A stretch of DNA of 64,000 bases from an uncultured delta proteobacterium (lineage in GTDB: Bacteria > Myxococcota_A > UBA9160 > UBA4427). The notes below the pieces were generated by a model. It did not search any database. It had not been told where the DNA came from and was given only the letters and a program-made list of their open reading frames with translations. The stretch lies in NCBI GenBank assembly GCA_963822965.1, contig CAWGJT010000006.1, positions 704,001 through 768,000 of the forward strand, read 5' to 3'. Below are positions 1 through 9,186 of this stretch, piece by piece. Position numbers and translations under genes: made by a program. Within the stretch, counting starts at the first letter, position 1. Each line of letters begins with the position of its first letter.

Positions 1-215
1 CCTCCACCCATGGCAGCACGACAACCGCCATCTGGTCCCGGCCTGGGTCGAGCGCAGCGGCTCAGGGGTCTCCGGGGGCTGACTCGTGCGACCACCCCAG
101 GATCGGTCAGCCCGCGCGGGCCGTAGCCCAGCAGGATACCGGGCCCGCTCGGCTCATGGCTGTGCCGCGGGCTTCGGAGGCCGGGGCTGACCTCGGCGCT
201 GCAGCAGGAGAGCCC

Positions 216-1091
216 ATGGCTACCCGCCGCCCGCTGCATTCGTACTGGATCTGCTGCTCGGCCCGATCCGGCAGCTCGCTTCTGTGCCAGATCCTCGCCG
301 CCACCGGGGTGGCCGGCAATCCGGACGAGTACTTCTTCTGGGACAACATGCCGTGCCAGGCCAAGCCGTGGGGGATGGCGGCGCGCTGGGGCTCCACGGA
401 TTTCGAGGCATACGTGCAGCGTTCGTTTCGAGAGGGCACGACCGCGAATGGCTGGTTCGGTGTCAAGATGGCGCCCGGGCTGTACCTCGACACCTTCCTG
501 CAAGAGGTGCGGAAGCTGCCCGGGCATGCGGACCCCGACCTCACGGCCAGGGAGCTGATCGACCGCTTCTTCCCGGATCTGCGCTTCGTCTTCCTCACGC
601 GACGCGACAAGCTGCGCCAGGCCATCTCGTGGGTGAAGGCCAGCGAGCACGACGTCTGGACGAGCGAGCAGGAGCTGAAGCCCCGCGGCATGCCGCGCCA
701 CGACTTCGCCAGGCTCGACGCGCAGCTCACCCTGCTCTCGCTCGTCGAGAGCCTCTGGCAGGATCTCTTCTCCGCGTGGGGGGTGCGGCCGCTGACGCTC
801 GTCTACGAGGACTTCCAGCAGGACCACCGCGGCACCGCCGCGAGAGTCCTCGACTATCTGGGCATCGAAGAGCTGTACGACTACGACGCCCCCGCGAGCC
901 GGATCCTCGAGGTCCGCCGCATGACCGACCCGACCAACGAGGGCTGCACGTTCACGCTCGGCAGATCGATCGGCAGGCTCACGCTTGCGGACAGCGCCGC
1001 GTTCTCGATCGCGCGGTGTTCGCATTCCTGGGAAGCAGCGTCCCCGTCGGCTTCAGCTATCGAAGTGGGTCACTCGACGACGAAGAGGTGA
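216..1091 (+). CDS. Stf0-family sulfotransferase (native C-terminus possibly replaced after ~RRMTDPTNE)
   Basis: Motifs YWICCSARSGSSLLC (PAPS-binding loop), GNPDEYF, FGVK, LTRRDKLRQAISW, LVYED; AGGAG upstream of ATG 216. Confidence 0.8.
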   Translation: MATRRPLHSYWICCSARSGSSLLCQILAATGVAGNPDEYFFWDNMPCQAKPWGMAARWGSTDFEAYVQRSFREGTTANGWFGVKMAPGLYLDTFLQEVRKLPGHADPDLTARELIDRFFPDLRFVFLTRRDKLRQAISWVKASEHDVWTSEQELKPRGMPRHDFARLDAQLTLLSLVESLWQDLFSAWGVRPLTLVYEDFQQDHRGTAARVLDYLGIEELYDYDAPASRILEVRRMTDPTNEGCTFTLGRSIGRLTLADSAAFSIARCSHSWEAASPSASAIEVGHSTTKR

Positions 1092-1909
1092 TCGAGGCGC
1101 TCGAACGCACACATATGCCCCTCGCCGGGGAAGATCGTCGCGTCGACCTCGGGGATCTGCGAGATCAGGGCTCGCGTCATGCCGATGGGGCAGTTCCGGT
1201 CTTCTTCGCCGGCCCAGAGGCGGACGGGAATGGAGATGTCGGACAGCGAGAAGCCCCAGTCATGGCTCAACATGGCGACCTCATCGGCCATCGCTCGGCC
1301 ACCGTCGCGAACGGCCTCACGTATCTCCAGCATGAAGGCGTCCCGGATCTCCGGCTGCTCGAAGAAGCGACGGGCGTGCTCGTCGCGAGTCGGAATCAAG
1401 GCCGAGTCGGGAAGGAATCGCGCCGCAAAGCCGGTCACCCGCGACACGAATCGCTGAAAGCGAGGGCCACTCAGCCACAATCTTCGAAGGACCGGATCCA
1501 TGTTGGTCGTGGCATCGGGGGCGTCGAGCGGGCCGAGCGAGACCACCACGGTGATACTTCTGAGGCGCTTCGGGATCGATGCTGCGCACACGAGCGCGTG
1601 GGGACCGCCGCCGGAGACGCCGAGAAGATGAAACGTCGGCAGCTCGAGGTGGTCCGCGAGCGCTTCGACATCGCGAGGCCAATCGGTGAGCACTCTCGGC
1701 GCATAGCGAGAGGAGAGTCCAAAGCCTGGCCGTTCGGGTGTAATCAGTCGCACGCCCGCGGCTCGAGCGGGCGCATGGAGGTACGTTCCGCAGAATCGGG
1801 AGCCGGGAAGGCCGTGACAGACGATCGCCGTAGCGCCAGTCGGGTCGCCCCAGGTCGCGTACCCGAGAGTCCGTCCGTCAGGCAAGTTGAATGTCGCGGA
1901 TGTGTCCAT
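1070..1909 (-). CDS. Alpha/beta fold hydrolase
   Basis: LPDGRTLGY, HGLPGSR, PERPGFGLS, nucleophile elbow GVSGGGP, C-terminal GEED...GEGH. Confidence 0.85.
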   Translation of the reverse strand: MDTSATFNLPDGRTLGYATWGDPTGATAIVCHGLPGSRFCGTYLHAPARAAGVRLITPERPGFGLSSRYAPRVLTDWPRDVEALADHLELPTFHLLGVSGGGPHALVCAASIPKRLRSITVVVSLGPLDAPDATTNMDPVLRRLWLSGPRFQRFVSRVTGFAARFLPDSALIPTRDEHARRFFEQPEIRDAFMLEIREAVRDGGRAMADEVAMLSHDWGFSLSDISIPVRLWAGEEDRNCPIGMTRALISQIPEVDATIFPGEGHMCAFERLDHLFVVE

Positions 1910-2032
1910 TGCCCATCCCTCCGCGGTCGATGCGGCCCTCATTCGTTCGTGCTCGCAGAGCGTATCGGAACGAAGAGCGGCTGGACGCCGGGGGCAACCT
2001 TCTGTGGCGCCTTCGAGATCGGGCCCGGCAAC

Positions 2033-2731
2033 TCAGACGAGATTGAACCGAACCCCACAGAGCTCGACGCATTCTCCCGCGCGACCCCGATCCGTCGCGA
2101 CGACGTCGACCGCCGCCAATCCATCGCCGCGACCATCTTCCGCCTTGCTGAATCGGATCGTCGCGTCGCTCAGTTGGATCATCGACGAATCCTCCAGCGG
2201 CTTGCCGAGCGCCAGACTCCAACGCTCCGCCATCGCCATCGGATCGTCCGCCTGGATCTCCGCCCCCACGAGATCCGTCACGACTTCCTTCCGGCTGTGA
2301 TAGGCCCAGTCCTGACCCGCCCAGGCCCAGGACTCCGGGGGATGGGCCTCGTCGATCGAGACGATCGCGCCGCCGACGTCCTTGGGATGGAGATGCAGGC
2401 CGCGGATGCCCGAGCCCTTTGCGTCGAAGGCGATGCGGATCCCGGCTTTCTCGAGTCGCGCCCGCTCGGCCTCGAGGTCCTCGACCTGGACGATCACCAT
2501 GTAGCCGCCGTCTCCGCCCCGGCGATCGAGGAAGCGCTCCGCGGTCGTCCCGGGCTGCTTGGGTGCCACGACCTCGAGGATCCGATCGCCGATCGGGTAG
2601 AGACCGTGCCTCAGACCGAAGACCGCGAGTCCCGGATCCCGATAGCAGACCTCGAGGCCGAGGGATTCGCAGATCGCTTGCTCGACGGGTCGGAGCTCGC
2701 GGGCGACGAGCGCGATTTGTCGTAGACGCAT
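2033..2731 (-). CDS. Glyoxalase/VOC-like protein
   Basis: MRLRQIALVAREL, ILEVVAP...GTTAERFLDRRGGDGGYMVI, LHLHPKDVGG; start reassigned to ATG 2731. Confidence 0.75.
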   Translation of the reverse strand: MRLRQIALVARELRPVEQAICESLGLEVCYRDPGLAVFGLRHGLYPIGDRILEVVAPKQPGTTAERFLDRRGGDGGYMVIVQVEDLEAERARLEKAGIRIAFDAKGSGIRGLHLHPKDVGGAIVSIDEAHPPESWAWAGQDWAYHSRKEVVTDLVGAEIQADDPMAMAERWSLALGKPLEDSSMIQLSDATIRFSKAEDGRGDGLAAVDVVATDRGRAGECVELCGVRFNLV

Positions 2732-3025
2732 GGGGCACCTCGCAGCGTGGTTCGAAGGATCCGAGACGGACGCCAGCAAGAGTACAACCGAAGCGGCCGA
2801 CGCGAAAAGCTCGCGGCGAAGCGGGGCGCGGCGACGCCCGACCGCTGCCGGCCGGCGCTCCGCCTCGATCGACGTCCCCACGGCTCGTGATGTCCGCCGC
2901 CGGCCTGGGTTGTGCTTTCGTGGATGATTCCGGCGAAGTCCGCGGGTGAGCGCGAACTCCATTGGGGCGGCACGCCGATGCCCCGCCGCCGGGACCAGGG
3001 TCGACCCGACCCGTCGCGACACGGC

Positions 3026-3795
3026 TCAGGCGCGGAGCTTCCGTACCCCAGCGATCATCAGCCCAGCCCCGAGCACTGCCATGCCGAGCGGTCCCAGCGA
3101 CGGCACGACGGGCGGGGGAGGCGGGGGAGGAGCGGAGGCCGGGCTCGCGACCCGAAATCCGAACTTGGCGTACTGAACCGCCGCTTCGCCGCCGCTCCGG
3201 GCCGACGCTCTCATGTCGAAGTAGAGATCGTTGAACGACCCGCCCCGAACCACGCGGTACGGATTGCCGCTGGTGGTGAAGATGGTCTCGTTCCACTCCG
3301 CGACGTTGCCACCCTGGTCGAAGGTGCCGTTCGGGCTGGCCGAGCCGGTGTAGCTGCCCACGGGGGTCGCGTCCGAGACGATCGAGGAGCAGTTCGCGTA
3401 GTTGGCCGAGGAAGTCGGGGTACTGCACACCGTCTGGGTGTCCGTCCCCACCGGATAGTCGTAGTAGCTGCTGGAGTTCGAATCGTAGTACGCCGCCTTG
3501 TACCACTCGTCCTCACTCGGGATGAAGACCTGGGCATCGTGGTTGCGGGTCACGGTCGCGCCGTTACTCGGCGTGGCCGTGTAGCCCAGCAACGTGTACG
3601 CCCCGCTCTCCGTGCTCGCGAACCCCTGCCCGTTCTGCAGCCAGTTCGCGAAGCGCATCGCGGCGTAGAACGACACGGCAACCACAGGCAGGTTCCCGCG
3701 GCCCGCGATGACCGTGTAGAGGTAGTTCGGATCGCTGCCGCTGCGCGAGATCCCGCCGAACGTGCCCCCCATGTCCCCGCTGTAGAGGGAGAGCG
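3026..3795 (-). pseudogene. 5'-truncated FGE-sulfatase (SUMF1)-domain surface protein with IPTL-CTERM-like tail
   Basis: PSEDEWYKAAYYD, GTFDQGGNVAEW, RVVRGGSF, GFRVA; tail VPSLGPLG-TM-RKLR; lacks the signal peptide and the EVTNxxY segment present in the paralogue at 42885-44384. Confidence 0.7.
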
Positions 3796-4263
3796 GTGAC
3801 GCCCTTCGGCGGGGTGCCGCTGGAGGTGGGGACGGAGAAGCACCTGTCTTCTCTGCGGGTCAATCCCGGGCAGATGCTCTTCGCACGCTACGACGATCTG
3901 ATGTTTCGCGTGGGTGTGCTTCCCCGCTGGCAGAGCCTGCTGGTCGACGCAGTGCAGGCGGAGCACGAGGTGAAGCCCGTCGCTGGCGAGTCGTTCTATC
4001 GCCTGAACGATGGCGACCGACATCCGGTCAGGCTCGAGTCCGCGGGCGGGCCGCCGCGGCGCAGGAACTTCCGATTCGAGTTCGAGCTGCCGCCGCCGCT
4101 CGCCCTGGATGAGCCGGGAGCGGCCGTCGTGCAGCGGAGCGAGGGCGACATTCACGCGCTCTACCTCTCCTTCCTCGTGGACGGTCAGCCCTGCGCGATC
4201 GATCTCGAGTTCGGAGTCGATCTCGAGACCAGGCGTGTGATCGCCGCCCCCGCGACACCCTGA
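3796..4263 (+). CDS. Hypothetical protein, probably a 5'-truncated fragment
   Basis: Coding-like codon usage; begins exactly where the opposite-strand FGE fragment breaks. Confidence 0.4.
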   Translation: MTPFGGVPLEVGTEKHLSSLRVNPGQMLFARYDDLMFRVGVLPRWQSLLVDAVQAEHEVKPVAGESFYRLNDGDRHPVRLESAGGPPRRRNFRFEFELPPPLALDEPGAAVVQRSEGDIHALYLSFLVDGQPCAIDLEFGVDLETRRVIAAPATP

Positions 4264-4360
4264 GCGGTCGCGAAATCCACCAACGCATGACGAGCTCGCA
4301 GGCAAGCCAGAGAAGAGCCACGCCGAGGATCGCGGCGCGCGCTCAGGGCGTCACGGCGCG

Positions 4361-5401
4361 CTAGCCCGCGTCGCCTGCCAGGTAGGCCGGCGCGAAGCTC
4401 TCGAGCGCCGCGATGAGCTGCGGCGCGATCTGGGCCGCCTTGTCGAGGTGGGAGCGCGAGGCGCTCCAGCCGAGGTAGCTGAGCGCGCGCGCGAGCAGGA
4501 AGGTGGGGAGGCGCGCGAGGTGCTCGTCGGGCAGCGGGCGGCGCTCGCGGTAGCCCGCGACGAGCGCGCCGAGGCAGGGGTCGAAGGCCGGCTCGCCGAG
4601 CAGGTCGAAGACGGCCGTGGCGAAGTCGAAGAGCTGCCAGCTCTCGCCGCAGTCGTCGAAGTCGATGAGCCGCAGGCCGCCGTCGCAGACCATCAGGTTT
4701 TCGGGCAGAAAGTCGCCGTGGCACAGGCCGAAGCGGTCGGGCGCGCGGCCGAAGGCGTCGAGGTCGGCGGCGAGGCGCTCGGCGAGGCGGTCGAGCAGCG
4801 CGCGCTGCTCGGGCGTGAGCCGCGCGAGCGTGCGCCAATCGCCGAGGTGGGCGCTCGGTCCGAACATGCCCTCGGCGTCCCAGACCGGGCGCACGAAGCC
4901 GGGCGGGCGCTGCCAGGCCTCGGCGGCGTTGGCGATGGCCGCGGCCTGGCGGCCGACCTCGGTGTAGGCCGCGGTGAGCGCGTCGTCGGCCAGCGGCGCC
5001 GCGTCGCCCGTCGCGCGCAGCGGGCGGCCGTCGATCCACTCGAAGAGGTCGCACTGGCGCGGCTCGGGGACGGGGGCGTGCGCGACCACGACGAAGGGCG
5101 AGCCGTCGCGCGCGGGCACGACCTCGGGCGTCGCCACGCCGCGCTCGCGCAGGGCCTCCATGAAGGCGAGCTCGCTCGTGATCTCGTCGTCGCTGCGGTA
5201 GCCCGCCTGGTGAATGCGCAGGGCGAAGCGCCCGCGCGCGCCGGCGTCGACGCGGAAGGTCATGTTCTCGCGGTAGGCCGCGGGCGAGAGCTTCGCGCCG
5301 GCGAGCCCCCAGCTCGCGAGCGCCTCGGCCCCGAGCGCCTCGAGCCCGCGGACCTGCTCGGCCTCGAGCAGGGCGTAGAAGCCGCCGTGGCCGGTCGACA
5401 T
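4361..5401 (-). CDS. APH-family phosphotransferase (type II homoserine kinase / hydroxylysine kinase-like)
   Basis: REN..F..LRIH...YRS..EITSEL, Brenner motif GLCHGDFLPENL, LIDFDDCG. Confidence 0.85.
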   Translation of the reverse strand: MSTGHGGFYALLEAEQVRGLEALGAEALASWGLAGAKLSPAAYRENMTFRVDAGARGRFALRIHQAGYRSDDEITSELAFMEALRERGVATPEVVPARDGSPFVVVAHAPVPEPRQCDLFEWIDGRPLRATGDAAPLADDALTAAYTEVGRQAAAIANAAEAWQRPPGFVRPVWDAEGMFGPSAHLGDWRTLARLTPEQRALLDRLAERLAADLDAFGRAPDRFGLCHGDFLPENLMVCDGGLRLIDFDDCGESWQLFDFATAVFDLLGEPAFDPCLGALVAGYRERRPLPDEHLARLPTFLLARALSYLGWSASRSHLDKAAQIAPQLIAALESFAPAYLAGDAG

Positions 5402-5470
5402 GGCGCCCACTCTACAGCGCCAGCGCGTAGACGTCCTGGGTCTCGCGGCGGCCCCGGATCGGCGCGAGCG

Positions 5471-6736
5471 CTAGCCCGCGACCTTCGCGAGCGCCGTCTC
5501 GAGCTTGCCGAGCGCCTCGTCCACGAAGGCGCGGTCGACGAGCAGGCCGGTCTTCCACTGAAGGTAGCGGCGGTCGTAGCCCGCGAACATCGCCCACAGG
5601 CCGAGCGGGTAGAGCGCCGCCGACATCTGGAGGCCGCCGTTGGGCGCGTCGAAGCCGAGGCCCACCACGAGCCCCTTCTGGCGCACGTCGCAGAGGAAGG
5701 GGTGGCGGCTCTGGAGGTCGGCGAGCCCCTCGGCCAGCCAGCCCGCCGCGTCGGCCACGTTGCGCGCCGTCTTCTCGGCCGCGCACAGTTCGAGGGCGCG
5801 CAGGGCGAGCGCGCAACCGAGCTCCGAGCCGCCGAAGGTCGAGACGTAGCCCCAGCCGCGCTCGTGCAGCCACGCGCCCACGCGCCGGGTCATCAGCACC
5901 GCGCCGATCGGGTAGAGCCCCGCGCCGAGCCCCTTGCCCGTGACGAGCAGGTCGGGCTCGATGCCGAAGGCCTCGCACGCCCACAGGCGCCCCGTGCGGC
6001 CAAGACCTGTTTGAACCTCGTCGGCCACGAGCAGCGTGCCGTGCCGATCGCACAGCGCGCGCAGCCCGGGCAGGTAGTCGTCGGTCGGGATCGGGAACCC
6101 GAACGTCGCCGGGATCGGCTCGATCAGCAGCGCCGCCACGTCGCCGGCCCCGAGCGCCTTCTCGGCCGCGTCGAGATCGCCGAAGGGGATCTTCACGAAC
6201 TCGCCCGGGTAGTCGGAGCAGAAGTAGGCCGCATCCGAGTCGTCGCCCGCCGCCCCCGACAGCCCCGACGTCCCGTGGAACCCCGCCGCGAGCGACACGA
6301 TCTTGCGCCGCCCCGTCGCGTGCCGCGCCGACTTGATCGCCACGTCGTTCGCCTCGCTCCCACTCGGCGTGAACACGCAGTAGTGCAGATCCCCCGGCGC
6401 CAGCTCCGCCAGCCGCGCCGCCAGCTGCCCCCGCGCCTCGGACGGGAAGTGATGGTTCCCCACGTCGAGCGTCTCGAGCCCCTCGACGAGCGCGGCGACC
6501 ATCTCGGGGTGCCGGTGGCCGAGGTTGTAGGTGCCCCCGTTCAGGTGAAGATCCTGGAGCTCGTGGCCGTCGAGGTCCCAGAAGCGGTAGCCCTCGCGCT
6601 TGCCGATCACGAGCGGGACCCCGGCGCCCGTCCAGAGCTCGACGCGGTTGGGCATGAGGTAGGCGTGGTTCTGCTCGAGGGCGCGGCGTTTTCGGGGGGA
6701 GGGGGCTAGCTCTGCCAGAGTCTTGGATAGGGACAT
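5471..6736 (-). CDS. Class III PLP-dependent aminotransferase-family enzyme
   Basis: SGSEANDVAIK, GFHG, LIEPI, LVADEVQTGLGRTG, PDLLVTGKGLGAG, STFGG; start reassigned to ATG 6736. Confidence 0.9.
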   Translation of the reverse strand: MSLSKTLAELAPSPRKRRALEQNHAYLMPNRVELWTGAGVPLVIGKREGYRFWDLDGHELQDLHLNGGTYNLGHRHPEMVAALVEGLETLDVGNHHFPSEARGQLAARLAELAPGDLHYCVFTPSGSEANDVAIKSARHATGRRKIVSLAAGFHGTSGLSGAAGDDSDAAYFCSDYPGEFVKIPFGDLDAAEKALGAGDVAALLIEPIPATFGFPIPTDDYLPGLRALCDRHGTLLVADEVQTGLGRTGRLWACEAFGIEPDLLVTGKGLGAGLYPIGAVLMTRRVGAWLHERGWGYVSTFGGSELGCALALRALELCAAEKTARNVADAAGWLAEGLADLQSRHPFLCDVRQKGLVVGLGFDAPNGGLQMSAALYPLGLWAMFAGYDRRYLQWKTGLLVDRAFVDEALGKLETALAKVAG

Positions 6737-6986
6737 CGCGGGATCCTCGGTTGCAGCGATTATGCCATCATCGCCTTCTTGCTGCTTCGGTGAAGAAGGG
6801 TCCCCGCCGCCGGGGCCTGGAGGGGCGACCTCGTAGTCCCGCTGATCGCGTCGGCGAACCGTGACGACCGCGTAGTCCGCAGCGCCCGGCACTCGGGCCG
6901 CGTGATCCGCTGCTCGCCCAACGGTCTGCGCGCGGCTCGGGCTGCCGGGCCTGCTTTCGCGTAGAACCGGGATTGGTCGTCCCATC

Positions 6987-7020
6987 CTCGGGTCTTCAAC
7001 CGGTCGGTTGAAGACCCGAG
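6987..7020. repeat. Perfect 16-bp inverted repeat (CTCGGGTCTTCAACCG-GT-CGGTTGAAGACCCGAG)
   Basis: Arms are exact reverse complements; intergenic between divergent genes. Confidence 0.85.
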
Positions 7021-7328
7021 AAGTCGCAGTGTCGCACCGGCACACGCACACGCGTCGGTGTATCCAGGACACCTGATTCCGAATGCCGAGGTGACCACGG
7101 AGGCGATCCGCCTCATCGCCATGACGCTCACGTCCCGGGCTCCCGATGGCGGGGCAGGCGCGGCGACCACGCCTTCAACGATTGGAAGGGAGACGCAGGT
7201 GGCACTCTGCCCCACTGTCGCTTGGAGAGCGCTGTAGTATCCCTATTGGGGAGCCGCCGGGCAGCAAATCGGGCCGCGACCTGGCGGCGCGAAGTGCGAA
7301 GCGCGAGATGCCAAGGGAGGAGACGCCT

Positions 7329-8099
7329 GTGGCGACCGAGACCAGGAGAGAAACGAACCCCATCCGGAACCGACTCTTCCGGGGGCTGATGATGACGATG
7401 GGCGCGGCACTGGTTGCGCTTGCGGCAAGATCCGCGCCTGCGGACGATGGCGTAGTCGAGATCAACCAGGCCAGCGCTCTCGCCGGCTCGATCCCGGGAG
7501 ATGCGCCGGGCTTCCCGGTCACGATCACCCAGCCCGGGAGCTACCGCTTGACCGGCAGCCTCACGATCTCCGATCCCAATACCGACGTGATCGAGGTCTC
7601 CGCGTCTGACGTCAGCATCGACCTGAACGGCTTCGGAATCACGGGAGTGACGTTCTGCGGCGGGGCGCCGCCCAATTGCAGCGACACCGGCACGGGCTCG
7701 GCCATCCGCATCCACTCGCCGGCGCAGGTGCTGATCGTCCGCAACGGCTTCATCCGACAGATGGGCTCGGACTGCATCAGCGGCGGGATCCAGTCGCTGA
7801 TGGAGAACCTTCAAGTCCTGGAGTGTGGGGGCAACGGCATCGTGGCTGGCGAACTCTCGACGGTCCGGGGTTCCATCGTCCGGCTCGCGCATGACAACGG
7901 GATCCAGGTGGGGAACCGCAGTCTGGCGACTGGAAACCTGGTCGTGTTCTCCGGGAGCTTCGGCCTCTCGGTCAGCTCTTTCAGCGGCTACGGCGACAAC
8001 ATCATGAGCTCCAACAACCTCGGAGGCGGAGGCGTCCAGGTCGACGGGTTCGGGATACAGACCTCGACAAACGTGTGCAACGGCGCACCGTGCACCTAG
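7329..8099 (+). CDS. Secreted right-handed beta-helix-type protein
   Basis: Signal peptide; DGVVEINQA..LAG...GDAPGFPVTITQPGSYRLTGSL, VSIDLNGF; GGGAGG RBS before GTG 7329. Confidence 0.75.
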   Translation: MATETRRETNPIRNRLFRGLMMTMGAALVALAARSAPADDGVVEINQASALAGSIPGDAPGFPVTITQPGSYRLTGSLTISDPNTDVIEVSASDVSIDLNGFGITGVTFCGGAPPNCSDTGTGSAIRIHSPAQVLIVRNGFIRQMGSDCISGGIQSLMENLQVLECGGNGIVAGELSTVRGSIVRLAHDNGIQVGNRSLATGNLVVFSGSFGLSVSSFSGYGDNIMSSNNLGGGGVQVDGFGIQTSTNVCNGAPCT

Positions 8100-8409
8100 C
8101 AGCGCCAGAAAGCCACAGAGCGGCGCGAGGCTCCCTGCCCCACCGAGTCGAGCGGCGTGGCGACCCAGCGTCGCCTCGGGGTGGAGGCTCGAGCCTACGT
8201 CCTGATCTGTCGCGGGTCGGGTCCGAGACCGGTTCCCCAGAGATCCGCTCGCGCCAGGGTTCCTCCGCGCTGATAGGCGTCCGGGTGCTGGCTGGCAGCC
8301 GATCGTCATGCGGACGTGGGTTCGGTTCCCCCCTCTCCTCACCTCGCCCCTCACCCACCATCACGAGTGCGCGAGCCGTCGGTCGTTATTCGAGCTCGAA
8401 GCGAGCTTC

Positions 8410-8428
8410 GTCAACAAACCTGTTGACA
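8410..8428 (+). promoter_or_regulatory. Palindrome GTCAACA-N4-TGTTGAC overlapping a consensus TTGACA -35 box
   Basis: Perfect 7-bp arms in an AT-richer patch ~135 bp upstream of the 8563 operon; no convincing -10. Confidence 0.45.
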
Positions 8429-8562
8429 CCAACACCCCTTCGTGTTCTGTTGGAATCTTCTCGGCCTCGAACGCGGGGGTCGAAGACGCGCGGGCGAGAG
8501 GCCCATGGCGCACTCGGTGCTCACCGCTTCTCGTTCGCTGACGATCTGCAGCGGCGGTTCGA

Positions 8563-9186
8563 ATGCCGACAGCAAGACCCGCAGACCGGCGAAGGGAAAC
8601 GAGGCGAATCGCCGCCGCCGCGATCCCCACGCGTGCGGGGGCGGTCCTTCTCCTCCTCGTTCTGGTCGTCTGCCTGGCGGCGGACGACAGCGTAGAGCGC
8701 CAGCTCTATACGAACGAGGAAGTGGGCTGCTCGGTCTCGTATCCAGCGGACTGGTCGCTGTCGACCACCTATCAGAACGCAGTCGAGATCCAGCACCAGA
8801 GCGCTTCACGGCGCGACGCTGCCAGGGTGGTGGTGACGTGGGAGAAGTCCGTGGGCACGAATCAGGCGGAGCGGCGCATCGAGAGCCTGATCGAGTCGGC
8901 CGCGCGGGGCCGTGACTTCCAGCTGGAGACGATCCCCACCCCCGACGGAGATCTCCGCTTCTGGACGGTCCTGGAGCCCCCGGCCCGTCCCGTCGCGAGC
9001 GATTCGGGCGAAGGGTCGAGGATGATCCTCAGAGCGGGATCGGCTCTCGGCGACGGCTGGATCATTCGCGCCGAAGGCACGACCTGGGAAGACGCCGACT
9101 CCGGGGTGATCTCGGACATGAAGGAGATCTGCCGCAGTGTCCGGTGGGCCCGTGGAAGCAAGATACAGCGAGGTGAATCGCAATGA
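8563..9186 (+). CDS. Hypothetical exported protein
   Basis: N-terminal hydrophobic segment; stop overlaps next ATG (ATGA). Confidence 0.6.
   Translation: MPTARPADRRRETRRIAAAAIPTRAGAVLLLLVLVVCLAADDSVERQLYTNEEVGCSVSYPADWSLSTTYQNAVEIQHQSASRRDAARVVVTWEKSVGTNQAERRIESLIESAARGRDFQLETIPTPDGDLRFWTVLEPPARPVASDSGEGSRMILRAGSALGDGWIIRAEGTTWEDADSGVISDMKEICRSVRWARGSKIQRGESQ

Noticed and set aside
284..2725. Long alternative-frame ORFs (e.g. 284-2725, 8862-12071, 16665-19832, 45213-48896, 50212-52794)
   Set aside because: Shadow ORFs of motif-supported genes in high-GC DNA; Arg/Pro-rich or antisense with no motifs
8312..8345. tmRNA/tRNA 3'-end-like GGACGTGGGTTCGGTTCCC
   Set aside because: T-loop and stem are imperfect and there is no proper CCA end; too weak to call
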